This document shows, piece by piece, positions 9,746 through 19,614 of a stretch of 64,000 nt of DNA. A program made the position numbers and the translations under genes. Location: contig JAUVXV010000015.1 of NCBI GenBank assembly GCA_030603365.1, forward strand, positions 1 to 64,000, written 5' to 3'. Each line of letters begins with the position of its first letter. Positions within the stretch are counted from its first letter, which is position 1. The DNA comes from Candidatus Heimdallarchaeota archaeon. Its GTDB lineage: Archaea; Asgardarchaeota; Heimdallarchaeia; Heimdallarchaeales; Heimdallarchaeaceae. Below the pieces are notes generated by a model. The model saw nothing but the letters and a program-made list of their open reading frames with translations, was not told where the DNA came from and made no database searches.

Positions 9746-11053
9746 ATGAAAGTTTCAAAAGAGGATGTAAGATACTTAATCTTTGAAGGTGGAGGAGGAA
9801 AGGGTGTCGCTTATTTAGGAGCTGTTAAAGCTTTAGAAGAACTTGGTATTCTTTCTTATTTTGAAAAAGAAGTAAATGGGAAGACAGTTAATCGTTTGGA
9901 TTCTAAGAAAATTCATGGTGTTGCTGGTACTTCTGTAGGTTCATTTACAGCCCTTCTTATTGCATGTGGTTACACTCCGAAAGAAGCTGAGCATATTATC
10001 ACCGATAATATGGGTACTAAATTATTGGATTCAGTTGAATTTGATAAAATTCCAACTGTGTATACCTCTGAAAATCCTGCTTATGTTATTGATAATCCAT
10101 TTATTGAGACAGATCAATTGCTACTTGATAAATATTTGAGTAAATTTATAGAGAGTGAAAAGAAGACTTTTGGTGATTTCTTAAAAATTCCAGGAAAAGC
10201 TTTTTCTCAACTTAATTTTAAATTTCTTTCAACAGTGTTCAAATGGTATGTCTACTATGAAGCTAAGAAGGTAAACTTAGAAGAAGAAGAACATTCATAT
10301 CCACATGAGTTCATTGCTTCTGTGCCTGAAATTGTGAGCAAAGAAACAACAAAACGAGCATTTGATACGGTTGTGGGCAATCCTTCTGATAGTTTTAGTA
10401 GTCTAAAACACGAATATGGATATTTTCTTGCAACTGCTTTTCGAGAAGCTGTAGATAAGTGCATAGAACAAAAATCAGGAATAACAAATTGTACATTTAA
10501 ACAGTTCGCTGATTACTTTGAAATAGATTTAGTTGTTACTGGCTTTGATGTCGCGACTAATGAAGTCTTTTATTTCAGAAATAACGAAAAATGGGGAGAT
10601 CTTTGTGTAGCTGATGCAATTAGAATGTCAATTAGTATTCCTTTGGTTTTCAAACCTGTTTTAATGAGTATTGAAGAAGGAAAAATCAAATCAGCTCATA
10701 AAGAGAACTCACTGATTCACTACATTGTTGATGGTGGTTTAGGTAATTCTTTTCCTCTTCATGTATTTGATAAACCAAATTCTCAAAAATTGAATCCTAA
10801 AGTATTAGGCTTTAATCTAGACTTTATTCGACCATTTAGTGAAGGAAATACAACCTTTTTTGGTTTCTTAGAAAATATGTTCTTAGCTCTGCTGAAAATG
10901 ACTACAGAAACCCAATTTAGAACAAATGAAGAAAGAGATCAAGCTATCACACTCAATTCCAGAAATATCAGTGTTCTTGATTTTGACTATAAGGTCTTAC
11001 CTACTAATTTGATTGAAGAGTCTAGGAAAACAACATTAGAATACTTCCAGTAA
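9746..11053 (+). CDS. Patatin-like phospholipase
   Basis: GGGGKG oxyanion loop, GTSVG nucleophile motif, SISIP, DGG. Confidence 0.9.
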   Translation: MKVSKEDVRYLIFEGGGGKGVAYLGAVKALEELGILSYFEKEVNGKTVNRLDSKKIHGVAGTSVGSFTALLIACGYTPKEAEHIITDNMGTKLLDSVEFDKIPTVYTSENPAYVIDNPFIETDQLLLDKYLSKFIESEKKTFGDFLKIPGKAFSQLNFKFLSTVFKWYVYYEAKKVNLEEEEHSYPHEFIASVPEIVSKETTKRAFDTVVGNPSDSFSSLKHEYGYFLATAFREAVDKCIEQKSGITNCTFKQFADYFEIDLVVTGFDVATNEVFYFRNNEKWGDLCVADAIRMSISIPLVFKPVLMSIEEGKIKSAHKENSLIHYIVDGGLGNSFPLHVFDKPNSQKLNPKVLGFNLDFIRPFSEGNTTFFGFLENMFLALLKMTTETQFRTNEERDQAITLNSRNISVLDFDYKVLPTNLIEESRKTTLEYFQ

Positions 11054-11128
11054 TTAAACAAAAAGTATTATATTGCCATAAAACTAGCTGAAATTAGGTT
11101 TTTAAAGAAGTGGTAAATTATACTTTTT

Positions 11129-13132
11129 ATGTCAAATTTTAAAAAATACTTAGTTGGAGATTTTTCACTTATTGTACTTTTTTCAATTATATTCTTGTTT
11201 TTCTTTCAGACACTTTCCGATTTAGTAGAAAGAATTTATGCTTATGCTTTACTTAATCTAGAACCAGATGAAAATATTCTTGGATTATTATTCCTACTCT
11301 CACCTTTGGTATTGTTGTTCTTTTGGAAAAAAATACCAGATTTAGCTCTACTAATATCAGGTGAACTCATTATAATATCTCGATTGGTTGAACCTTTTGT
11401 AACAGGATTGTGGGTATATATCTTTGCAGGGCTCTCGGTAGCAAGTTTCTTAGTATTCTTTCCTGGATTTATCAGTCGGATTAAGAACAGAGAGGAAAAA
11501 GTTGGTTTTGATTTCGGTATCGGTCTAGCTTCAGCAGTAGGCTTATCTATTCTCTTTAGAACAGCAAATGCTACTATAGATATTTCACAATATGGTTGGT
11601 ATCAGGTAATAGGTTGGTTTCTAGGTATAATTGCATCACTAATACTTGTAGGATTGTATTTTAAATTCAAAACTAAATCAACTGAAAAAACTGAAGAAGA
11701 AAGAGAAAAGGTAAAATCCAGTTTCTGGAAGGTTCTCGGATTATCTATGGGGATTTTCAGCATTTTCATTGCTATATGGTTTACTTTCATGAGTCCAACA
11801 GTCATTTCCAGATGGACAGAAGGGAATTACATAGGGATAGTAATTGGTATTATGATTATGCTAGGAGCTTTTATCGGATTGAAACTCTGGAAACCAGATT
11901 TAGTTAACTACCTTAAACCTTGGATGTTATGGATGTGGAATGGTGTGTTTGCTTTATCCATGACTCTGACTGTGCTTGTTCATCAGATATTCTTCCCAAG
12001 TGGGTCAGCTGATTATCCTCTGTTAGCTCCTGCAACTGCTTGGTATCACCAAATACCTCTAGTAATAATGATTATAGCATCCCCGATATTATACCTTGAT
12101 TTCACTCTACTCACTAAAGAATTAATTAAGTTGAAACCTAAACCAGCAAAGCTGGGAGGAAGTTTTGTCATTGGTGGATTATTTATCATAATAATGATTT
12201 TTGTTCAAGTACTTCCTAATGTTTGGGGTCATCTTACTCCGATCAGTTTGGGATTCAGAGATCAATATTGGTTAGCATTCTTTATACCAGGACTTTTTGT
12301 AACATTAAGTACGCTTCTTGTAAAGAAAACTACTCTTACCTTTGAAAAAGTTGCGAAGAAATTCAATACTAAGCTTTTGATCTCATCCATCTTCAGTTTA
12401 ATCTTTATAGGAACTATTATCGGTGGTGTACTTACTGAACCTAGTCCCAATTATTCCGCAGATGGAAAAACTACACTGGTTATAATGACATTCAATGTCC
12501 AACAAGGAGTTAATGAAACTGGAGATAGGAACTACGATGGGCAGTTGGAACTAATCAGACAAGTTGATCCAGACATCATTGGTTTACAAGAATGTGATCC
12601 AACTCGCATATCCGGTGGTAATCTAGATATTGTACGCTATTTTGCTTCTAAATTAAACATGTACGCATATTATGGACCTAAAACAGTGACAAATACTTAT
12701 GGCTGTGCAATTCTATCTAAATTCCCAATAACAAACCCATTCTCATTCTTTGCATCAAGTGATCAAGAACAGATTGGTTCAGCTCAAGCCCAGATAACCG
12801 TTGGAACAACTATTTTCAATGTTGCTGTTCATCATCCTGATGGAGACTCAGAACAAATTAGAATTAACCAAAATCTAGAGATGCTTGAATTAGTAAATGG
12901 ATTGTCTAATGTAATCTTTATGGGAGATTTCAACTATTATCCTTATAGTCAGATGTACAATGACACACTTGCAGCAATTTTAACTGATTCTTACAATTTT
13001 GTACATGGGACTCCAGCAACAGACAATATCGATCACATCTTTTTGAGTGCTGGAACAACTGTTTTGAGTGCTCAATACATAGAAGAAGGTCAATCAGATC
13101 ATCCCGCATATTGGATAGAGATTAACCTTTAA
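11129..13132 (+). CDS. Polytopic membrane protein with C-terminal EEP phosphoesterase domain (CWH43/PGAP2IP-like), paralog 1
   Basis: About 13 TM helices followed by MTFNV, DIIGLQECD, YGCAILSKFPI, MGDFN, IDHIF, SDH. Confidence 0.85.
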   Translation: MSNFKKYLVGDFSLIVLFSIIFLFFFQTLSDLVERIYAYALLNLEPDENILGLLFLLSPLVLLFFWKKIPDLALLISGELIIISRLVEPFVTGLWVYIFAGLSVASFLVFFPGFISRIKNREEKVGFDFGIGLASAVGLSILFRTANATIDISQYGWYQVIGWFLGIIASLILVGLYFKFKTKSTEKTEEEREKVKSSFWKVLGLSMGIFSIFIAIWFTFMSPTVISRWTEGNYIGIVIGIMIMLGAFIGLKLWKPDLVNYLKPWMLWMWNGVFALSMTLTVLVHQIFFPSGSADYPLLAPATAWYHQIPLVIMIIASPILYLDFTLLTKELIKLKPKPAKLGGSFVIGGLFIIIMIFVQVLPNVWGHLTPISLGFRDQYWLAFFIPGLFVTLSTLLVKKTTLTFEKVAKKFNTKLLISSIFSLIFIGTIIGGVLTEPSPNYSADGKTTLVIMTFNVQQGVNETGDRNYDGQLELIRQVDPDIIGLQECDPTRISGGNLDIVRYFASKLNMYAYYGPKTVTNTYGCAILSKFPITNPFSFFASSDQEQIGSAQAQITVGTTIFNVAVHHPDGDSEQIRINQNLEMLELVNGLSNVIFMGDFNYYPYSQMYNDTLAAILTDSYNFVHGTPATDNIDHIFLSAGTTVLSAQYIEEGQSDHPAYWIEINL

Positions 13133-13159
13133 TCTCTTCTTTTTCTTCTTAAAATCATA

Positions 13160-13702
13160 TCATTTCTTTTTGAACAAAATTACTCTTTCTTTTTGTTCCA
13201 GAAATTCAAATTTACCATCTTTAGTGATTTGAGGGAGGTATTTTTCTATAGGTTTGCCTGATTTTTGTATAGCTATAAGACCATCTGGTTTCAATATTCG
13301 ATGCATCTCAGTAAATACTTCATCAAGAATAGAGGTTAAATTATGAAAAACACCAAAGAAAAATGCTACGTCTATACTATCATTTTCTAAGGAAGTTTTT
13401 GTTACATCTTCTAGCATAACTTGAGCATTTGTTGTACTAGATTTACGTAGCTTTTTCTCAACTTTCTTAATGAAAATAGGATTAATATCATTTGCATAGA
13501 CATATCCATCTTCACCGACTATTTCAGCAGCTGGTAATGTAAAAAAACCTGGACCACATCCTACTTCGAGAACATTATCTCCTTTCTTTATACCTGCAGA
13601 GAGTAACATTTTATCAGCATTAACAAACAATCTAATAAGATAATCGTGTATCAATGATATAAATGCGGCTTCTACTCGATCATGGGTTGACATTTTATTC
13701 AA
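13160..13702 (-). CDS. Class I SAM-dependent methyltransferase
   Basis: VLEVGCGPG motif I, EMHRILKPDG. Confidence 0.9.
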   Translation of the reverse strand: MNKMSTHDRVEAAFISLIHDYLIRLFVNADKMLLSAGIKKGDNVLEVGCGPGFFTLPAAEIVGEDGYVYANDINPIFIKKVEKKLRKSSTTNAQVMLEDVTKTSLENDSIDVAFFFGVFHNLTSILDEVFTEMHRILKPDGLIAIQKSGKPIEKYLPQITKDGKFEFLEQKERVILFKKK

Positions 13703-13806
13703 ATAAACACAATGTAATATAGGTATTTTAATTTATTTCAATAACCATCAGCATAAGCTTGGTACATATTTCTAAAGTAAACTTAGAAGACAACTAATGT
13801 TTAGCG

Positions 13807-13875
13807 TTTGCGTAAATTGCAAGGGTTTATATACCCACGATGAGAATGACAATTAACGTTTGCACAATTTGCAAA
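13807..13875 (+). promoter_or_regulatory. Promoter with two TTGC-N7-GCAA palindromic operators flanking a TATA box
   Basis: TTGC-gtaaatt-GCAA (13808-13822), TTTATATA (13826-13833), TTGC-acaattt-GCAA (13860-13874), upstream of ATG 13890. Confidence 0.65.
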
Positions 13876-13889
13876 GGCATGTGATATTT

Positions 13890-14942
13890 ATGCCACAAAA
13901 CAATAAGGAAATCATAATAAATTTAAAAAATTTGACGAAAAGATTTGGTTCATTCACAGCAGTTTCTAATTTTAACCTAGAAATTAGGAAGGGTGAAATT
14001 ATAGGGTTACTTGGACCAAATGGAGCAGGTAAAACGACCACTATGAAGATGATAGCTAGGTTGTTAAATCCTGATGAAGGAGAAATTTGGATCAAAGATA
14101 ATGGCAATTTAGAATTATTAACTGGAAAAAATATGGTTACATTATTAGATCATATAGGTTTCTTGATTGAAAATCCAACTTTCTATGAACATATGACACC
14201 TCGAAAGATATTGTCATATTTTGCAATTTTGAAAGGGTATCCTAAGAAAAAGATACCAAAGAGAATCGAAGAAGTTCTAGCACTAGTAGGTTTGACTGAT
14301 TGGATTGACAAAAAGGTAGGTACGTTTTCAAAAGGTATGAAGCAGAAATTAGGTGTAGTTTCAGCACTTATTCATGACCCTGATATTCTGATTCTAGATG
14401 AACCTCAAACAGGTTTAGATCCAAAAGCTAGAAGGGAAACCCGAGAGATGTTTTTAAAACTAAAGAATCAGGGTAAAACTATTTTCCTTAGCAGTCATCT
14501 TCTTTATGAAGTTAGTGAGATTTCAGATAGAATCGCAATAATTAACCAAGGTAAGTTAATTGCTTTTGATACCATGAAGAACTTAGAAATGGCTTCTAAA
14601 GATATAAAACTTCAGATTCAATTAATGGAATTACCAGTTGATATCGAAAAGAAGAGAGTTGAACTAGAAGAAATAATTTTACCGTACACTGGACTGAAAC
14701 TTAAATCAAAAATAGTTTCTTTTAATCCAGAGCTGAAAATTTTTGAAGCTAGGTTCAATGGAGAATTGACAAACCAAAGAAAAATTCTAGAGGAATTGAC
14801 TAAAAAAGAGATTGACATAGTTAATTTTTCAGTTCCTAGAGCTAATGCTTTAGAGGATTTGTATATACAACTTATTGCTGGTGTAGCAACTGAGGAGGTT
14901 GCAGAACCGCAAGCAATTATCAAGGGAGATAGAGGTGATTAG
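13890..14942 (+). CDS. ABC-2 type exporter ATP-binding protein
   Basis: GPNGAGKTT, FSKGMKQK, ILDEP, SSH. Start moved to ATG 13890 because the ORF-track start lies inside the operator. Confidence 0.93.
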   Translation: MPQNNKEIIINLKNLTKRFGSFTAVSNFNLEIRKGEIIGLLGPNGAGKTTTMKMIARLLNPDEGEIWIKDNGNLELLTGKNMVTLLDHIGFLIENPTFYEHMTPRKILSYFAILKGYPKKKIPKRIEEVLALVGLTDWIDKKVGTFSKGMKQKLGVVSALIHDPDILILDEPQTGLDPKARRETREMFLKLKNQGKTIFLSSHLLYEVSEISDRIAIINQGKLIAFDTMKNLEMASKDIKLQIQLMELPVDIEKKRVELEEIILPYTGLKLKSKIVSFNPELKIFEARFNGELTNQRKILEELTKKEIDIVNFSVPRANALEDLYIQLIAGVATEEVAEPQAIIKGDRGD

Positions 14943-15854
14943 ATGAATATAGTAAAGGAAGAAACAATTGAATCACGTATGGATAAAGTTCCAGTTGGTT
15001 TAAAGAAGAGTTTAACACAAGTAGGAGCAACAGTAACCTTCGAATTTAAACGTAATCTGAAGAACATGTTCATTTCGTTTGGAATAGCAGTAGGGATCTA
15101 TATTCTCTCCTTAGTAATAAATTTGATTCAAGAAGGAAGAGGAGCTGAAAGTCCCGCATCTGCTGGAGAATACTTAACATCATATTTAGGCATGATAGGA
15201 TTCTTCATACTAATCATAGCAGTAATGTTCGCAGGAAATATTATCGCTTTAGATTATGACAAACATACTGGAAATTTAATATTTCCAAAAATTACTAAAG
15301 GAAGACTCTTCTTGGGAAGAGTAATTGCACGATATCTGTTATCTGCTTTAGCAGTTCTAGTATACTATGTATTAATTGGAGCTACAGCGCTAATCAAGTA
15401 TGGTGATCTACCAATAGAAATTTTGGCGTCGTTAGGGTGGGCAATGCTATATACATTTGCAGTTTTTGCTCTTGTTGCGTTTTTCAGTAGTTTTCTTAAG
15501 AAAACATCCACAACAATTGTAGTAAGTTTAGTAATGATGTTGATGGTATTCAACTTAGGTACTACTATTCTAATGATGACTGGAGTTACATGGGAACCTT
15601 TGTTCATTCTAACATACTATGCAAATATTATTACATATAGCGTTGGTTATTCAGTTGCAGGGGTGTTTGTAATCGGGTTACCCACTGAGAGATTTCTTGA
15701 AGGATCAATAGGACCTGGAGTGGGAGGAGATGGACCTACATTTATGCGATGGATAACACCTGATGTAACAGGAGCAATCATTGGAATGATAATTTATTCA
15801 GTAATATTAATTGGTGCAGCTTATCTCTTTTTCCGCAGAAGACAGCAAAAATAG
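14943..15854 (+). CDS. ABC-2 type exporter permease
   Basis: Six TM segments; abuts the ATPase stop codon; GGTGA RBS. Confidence 0.88.
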   Translation: MNIVKEETIESRMDKVPVGLKKSLTQVGATVTFEFKRNLKNMFISFGIAVGIYILSLVINLIQEGRGAESPASAGEYLTSYLGMIGFFILIIAVMFAGNIIALDYDKHTGNLIFPKITKGRLFLGRVIARYLLSALAVLVYYVLIGATALIKYGDLPIEILASLGWAMLYTFAVFALVAFFSSFLKKTSTTIVVSLVMMLMVFNLGTTILMMTGVTWEPLFILTYYANIITYSVGYSVAGVFVIGLPTERFLEGSIGPGVGGDGPTFMRWITPDVTGAIIGMIIYSVILIGAAYLFFRRRQQK

Positions 15855-15946
15855 AGTGAAGGATTTTGATGAGAACACACATAGTTTCACTATTTCTTTT
15901 GAACTCACCGGTTCAAGTAAAAGAATCTGTGTTCTCTTCCTTCATT
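15855..15946. other. Intergenic multi-stem RNA structure
   Basis: 15855-15863 pairs with 15938-15946; 15871-15879 with 15928-15936; internal hairpins ATAG/CTAT and TTGAAC/GTTCAA, plus TTCTTTT/AAAAGAA. Confidence 0.5.
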
Positions 15947-16001
15947 TTAATACCTTTTCAAATTAGAAAAGAATATAAAGAATCTACAGAGTTGATAATG
16001 C

Positions 16002-16904
16002 ATGGACGAGGTAAAATCTCCAAAAGTATCTGAAACACAAACTGATTTCAGAGTTAGTTGGCAGTTGTTTAAGTCTAATTATAAAGCTTTTATTGCTACT
16101 GAGATTTTTGCAGTTCTAGCTTTTATCATAATCAATGCAATTATTATTGGAATTATAGTTTTGATTTTCTATTTAGCTCCAAACCTAGAAGTTGCCGATC
16201 TTAATCCAAGAACTGCATCCGATGTAAAAATAACTTTCAGGATGTATGGATTAATCGCAATCTTAGCATATCTAACTATGGCTGGTTTTTTGTATTCTCA
16301 ATATGGTCTTGCGTATGATATTTTTTCCTCAGGTGACATGTTTACTGAATTCAAAAAAGCATTCAGTTATTTTAAAAGCCATTGGTGGAAATACATCTTA
16401 CTAATATTTGTCACAGGTTTTGGGTTCTTGATTCCTGTAAGACGAATTGGAGAAAATCCTCCTAGACCGATTAGTGATCAAGCTGAAATCCTATCAATTA
16501 TTTTCATGGTTTTTAGGGTTGTTATTCTATTTGTATTCCTGGTTTTATTTAGTGCTACTTTACCAAGTGTAACTGCTCAAGGTAATCTCAAAAACAGTTT
16601 TGTAGAATCAATACGTATAGTAAAGAAAGATTACAAGAGACTCCTGAAAAGCTGGGGAATATATTTCATAATTTTTACATTACCAATATTCGCAGTTTCT
16701 TTAACGCTAACACTACTCATGCCAATCATCACAGGAACTGTCTGGGTAACAATTCTAATTATATTATTAATCTTGCTTTATGCAATTAAGTTGTTTATCG
16801 GTTTTCCAATGATGTCTTTGATTGCCACTAGAATATATAATACTGTCAATTTTGAGAGATTCAAACCACTTGTAGAAGAAAAAAATACATCTAAAAGAGA
16901 GTGA
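16002..16904 (+). CDS. Integral membrane protein of unknown function
   Basis: About 6 TM helices in a duplicated arrangement; same strand as the ABC genes and the regulator. Confidence 0.8.
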   Translation: MDEVKSPKVSETQTDFRVSWQLFKSNYKAFIATEIFAVLAFIIINAIIIGIIVLIFYLAPNLEVADLNPRTASDVKITFRMYGLIAILAYLTMAGFLYSQYGLAYDIFSSGDMFTEFKKAFSYFKSHWWKYILLIFVTGFGFLIPVRRIGENPPRPISDQAEILSIIFMVFRVVILFVFLVLFSATLPSVTAQGNLKNSFVESIRIVKKDYKRLLKSWGIYFIIFTLPIFAVSLTLTLLMPIITGTVWVTILIILLILLYAIKLFIGFPMMSLIATRIYNTVNFERFKPLVEEKNTSKRE

Positions 16905-16908
16905 ATAT

Positions 16909-17232
16909 ATGAGTTCTGAGAAGGATATGGAAATTGATAAAGGAACATCAATAAAAGATGAATTTCTAGTTACAGATCCTTCAGCTGTTCCAGTTATGTT
17001 TCATAATAAAAAAAACTTAATCCTGAAACTATTAATTCAGAACGAAATGACTATTATTGATTTGAAACATAAAACAGGAATGAATCCTGGAACAATTAAA
17101 AGACATCTAAATGATTTATTAGAGTTCAATCTAATTTATATCTCTAGAGAACAAATAAGTGACTATGGTATTGTAATGAAATATTACATAGCTACAGCTA
17201 AGAGATATAAATTTGAAATGTCTTGGCCTTAA
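16909..17232 (+). CDS. Winged-helix (ArsR-like) transcriptional regulator
   Basis: ILKLL...MTIIDL...PGTIKRHLNDL...KYY. Confidence 0.85.
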   Translation: MSSEKDMEIDKGTSIKDEFLVTDPSAVPVMFHNKKNLILKLLIQNEMTIIDLKHKTGMNPGTIKRHLNDLLEFNLIYISREQISDYGIVMKYYIATAKRYKFEMSWP

Positions 17233-17409
17233 ACTGTTGACAATAAGTAAGAGATTACTCTATTCATGTAAATATCACAACTTGTGACCATAAATTGTGA
17301 TTTATGCTTTTAATAATTGAATTATCCTTTGATTCATGAGTACTCCAAGATATCTTCCTACAAAACGAGATTTCAGAAACATTAAAAAATAATATTATAG
17401 ATAATATCA

Positions 17410-17676
17410 TTGGTGATAAAAGTGAACAAAAAGAAGGTTGGAACTGTATTCAAATTCTTCGTACAACCTAGTGTCGCAGCAATTGAAGTAGAAAGAAAGC
17501 TAAGCATTGGTGATGAGTTACTTTTTCTAGGTGCAACAACCGATTTCAGAATGAAAGTAGTTTCAATGCAGATAGAGGGTAAAGAAGTAGAAGTTGTTAA
17601 GAAAGGTCAACAAGTTGGTATTAAGGTTCCCAAAAGAGTTAGACCAAATGATGATGTATTCAAAATAGAAGAATAG
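17410..17676 (+). CDS. Stand-alone translation-elongation-factor-like beta-barrel protein
   Basis: VGTV.KFF...VAAI...GATTDF...SMQI...GQQVGIKV...VRPND. Confidence 0.75.
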   Translation: MVIKVNKKKVGTVFKFFVQPSVAAIEVERKLSIGDELLFLGATTDFRMKVVSMQIEGKEVEVVKKGQQVGIKVPKRVRPNDDVFKIEE

Positions 17677-17702
17677 AAAAAAAAAGAAGTGGAGTAAGAG
17701 CA

Positions 17703-19055
17703 TTACTTCTTTGATTGTTTTCTAGATATGATATAGATTATTGATATAATCGAGAAAATGGACATAATAAGAAGTAAATAGTTAATTGTAAATTCAGAAA
17801 TTACAGACATGTAATTCAAGGGATATAAATCATCTCCACCTATACCATCGACCTCATAAATACCAGATATCCACTCATCCCAATAATTTCCTTCTGAAGT
17901 TCCTTCATGATACCATTTATTATCAACACCAATATCGGATGCTTGTGAGGTACCTCCATCATTATTACCCACAAAAGCATTATGATGAATCACATTGAAA
18001 CTACAAAATTCATAGATTTGAACACCATACCCGCTGTTTTCAAAGAGAAGATTGTTGTGGATTTCACTAAAAATTACACGATGTAAGAATATTCCAATTG
18101 CACTACCCTCGCATATATTATTGGAAATAGTTCCATTTTCACAGTAGTACAACAATATAGCTGTGTCTGAATTATCTATTTCATTATGTGTTACAAGAAG
18201 ATAGTTAGAATTTAAGAGATATAACCCTTCTCCACCATTATTATTAAGTGAATTTCTTGTTATTGTTAAATCATCAGATCTATCGGTTATTATTCCTACC
18301 CAGTTATTATCGACATTATTCTGAGTGACAGTTGTATAATTGCATAGATCATCGATAAAGATTCCATTGTCTGTACTTAATGTGATGGTATTATAGCTTA
18401 TCCATGCTGATTCAGATTTATGAAGGACTAAACCATTATTATAACTAGTGTAGATGGTATTCCCATCTATTGTACAATCGCTTGAAAAGAGTAAAACTAT
18501 TCCATCCCAAGCCCATTGACAGGTGTTGTCAAGTATCTCACAATGGGGAGAATATTCTAGTTTGATTGCATTATCTGAGAAATCAAGGCATGTATTATCA
18601 GAAATAAGAATATTTGGAGTATTTTGTAGATAAATCCCTATTGATGCTTCTCCCATTATATTGTTAGCAATTAATGCAGTACCTGATGGCACAGAATCAA
18701 TAAAAATACAAATATCTACCAATATAATATAATTATATTCTATAACAAAATACTTTGTAGTTCCAGTAACATAAATTCCATTTTCAGAGTTTGCACTTAT
18801 ATTATAATCGTTTATCACGTAGGGGTTATTGGACTCCCCTGTTCCATCCCCCAAGCTAAAAGCTGCTAATGCTGTATCATTAAGAATTTCAATAGCCCCT
18901 CTTTGTGGTGAATAACTTAGTCTGTTTTCATTATCTATCTGATCTAACGAGTATGCAATAGTTGTCTTGGATGAATGCATAAGAAGAGGTATAGATAAGA
19001 GTCCAAGAATAAGTAGAAGAATAATGCTTTTTTTATTTAATGGTTTTAGGTTCAT
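17703..19055 (-). CDS. Secreted NosD-like right-handed beta-helix protein with C-terminal anchor
   Basis: Signal peptide, GTG...NPYVI, repeated GI.L..S....I..N units, GNYW...D.YPL, then ISEF+TM+basic tail. Confidence 0.88.
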   Translation of the reverse strand: MNLKPLNKKSIILLLILGLLSIPLLMHSSKTTIAYSLDQIDNENRLSYSPQRGAIEILNDTALAAFSLGDGTGESNNPYVINDYNISANSENGIYVTGTTKYFVIEYNYIILVDICIFIDSVPSGTALIANNIMGEASIGIYLQNTPNILISDNTCLDFSDNAIKLEYSPHCEILDNTCQWAWDGIVLLFSSDCTIDGNTIYTSYNNGLVLHKSESAWISYNTITLSTDNGIFIDDLCNYTTVTQNNVDNNWVGIITDRSDDLTITRNSLNNNGGEGLYLLNSNYLLVTHNEIDNSDTAILLYYCENGTISNNICEGSAIGIFLHRVIFSEIHNNLLFENSGYGVQIYEFCSFNVIHHNAFVGNNDGGTSQASDIGVDNKWYHEGTSEGNYWDEWISGIYEVDGIGGDDLYPLNYMSVISEFTINYLLLIMSIFSIISIIYIISRKQSKK

Positions 19056-19265
19056 AATTATTTCCTCAATTCAGTTAAATTTCTAATTTCTTTGTATATT
19101 CAGAAATAAAATGGTTCTACTAATAAATATGTCTGCTAGCATTACTATAAATCTAATGTATTCACTTCAAGGAAAATAGATATAATTGTTGCAAAATTGT
19201 TGCAATTTCATATTTACGTACTTCTTATATTTTTTCTATCCGATATCATATTGTTGGAGAACATT

Positions 19266-19550
19266 ATGGGGAAAAGGTATTGTTTCTATTGTAGAGAGTG
19301 TGAAATAAAACTTACTCTATTTGAAGAGGTTGGACAAAATTCTAAGCATCAAGTACACAACTATTATTGTTCGCAATGTGAGAAAATAGTCTATCATGAC
19401 ATCTGCTTAAATTGTCAGAGTAATCTTGAAAGAGTAATTGAAATTCCTATAAATATCCTAGAGAATACCAACGAAAAAGCAGAGAATGTTGAATGTCCAA
19501 GATGTAATAGTTTACTGACTGTAATTGTCTTTTTAGGAGAATGGGATTAG
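19266..19550 (+). CDS. Small zinc-binding protein with four CxxC pairs
   Basis: CREC, CSQC, CLNC, CPRC; ATG 19266 preceded by GGAG; ends in WD. Confidence 0.7.
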   Translation: MGKRYCFYCRECEIKLTLFEEVGQNSKHQVHNYYCSQCEKIVYHDICLNCQSNLERVIEIPINILENTNEKAENVECPRCNSLLTVIVFLGEWD

Positions 19551-19614
19551 AGAGATTAATTATCTTTTGAAGAAATCATTCTGGTGCGCTTGAAGTTTTT
19601 TAGATTGGTGTGCA

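Noticed and set aside
17275-17287. Palindrome TCACAA-C-TTGTGA
   Set aside because: Single short palindrome with no second copy or clear promoter context.
19184-19205. Tandem 11-mer AATTGTTGCAA x2 as a third copy of the TTGC-N7-GCAA operator
   Set aside because: The spacing is N9, not N7, and the sequence is AT-rich; there is not enough support.
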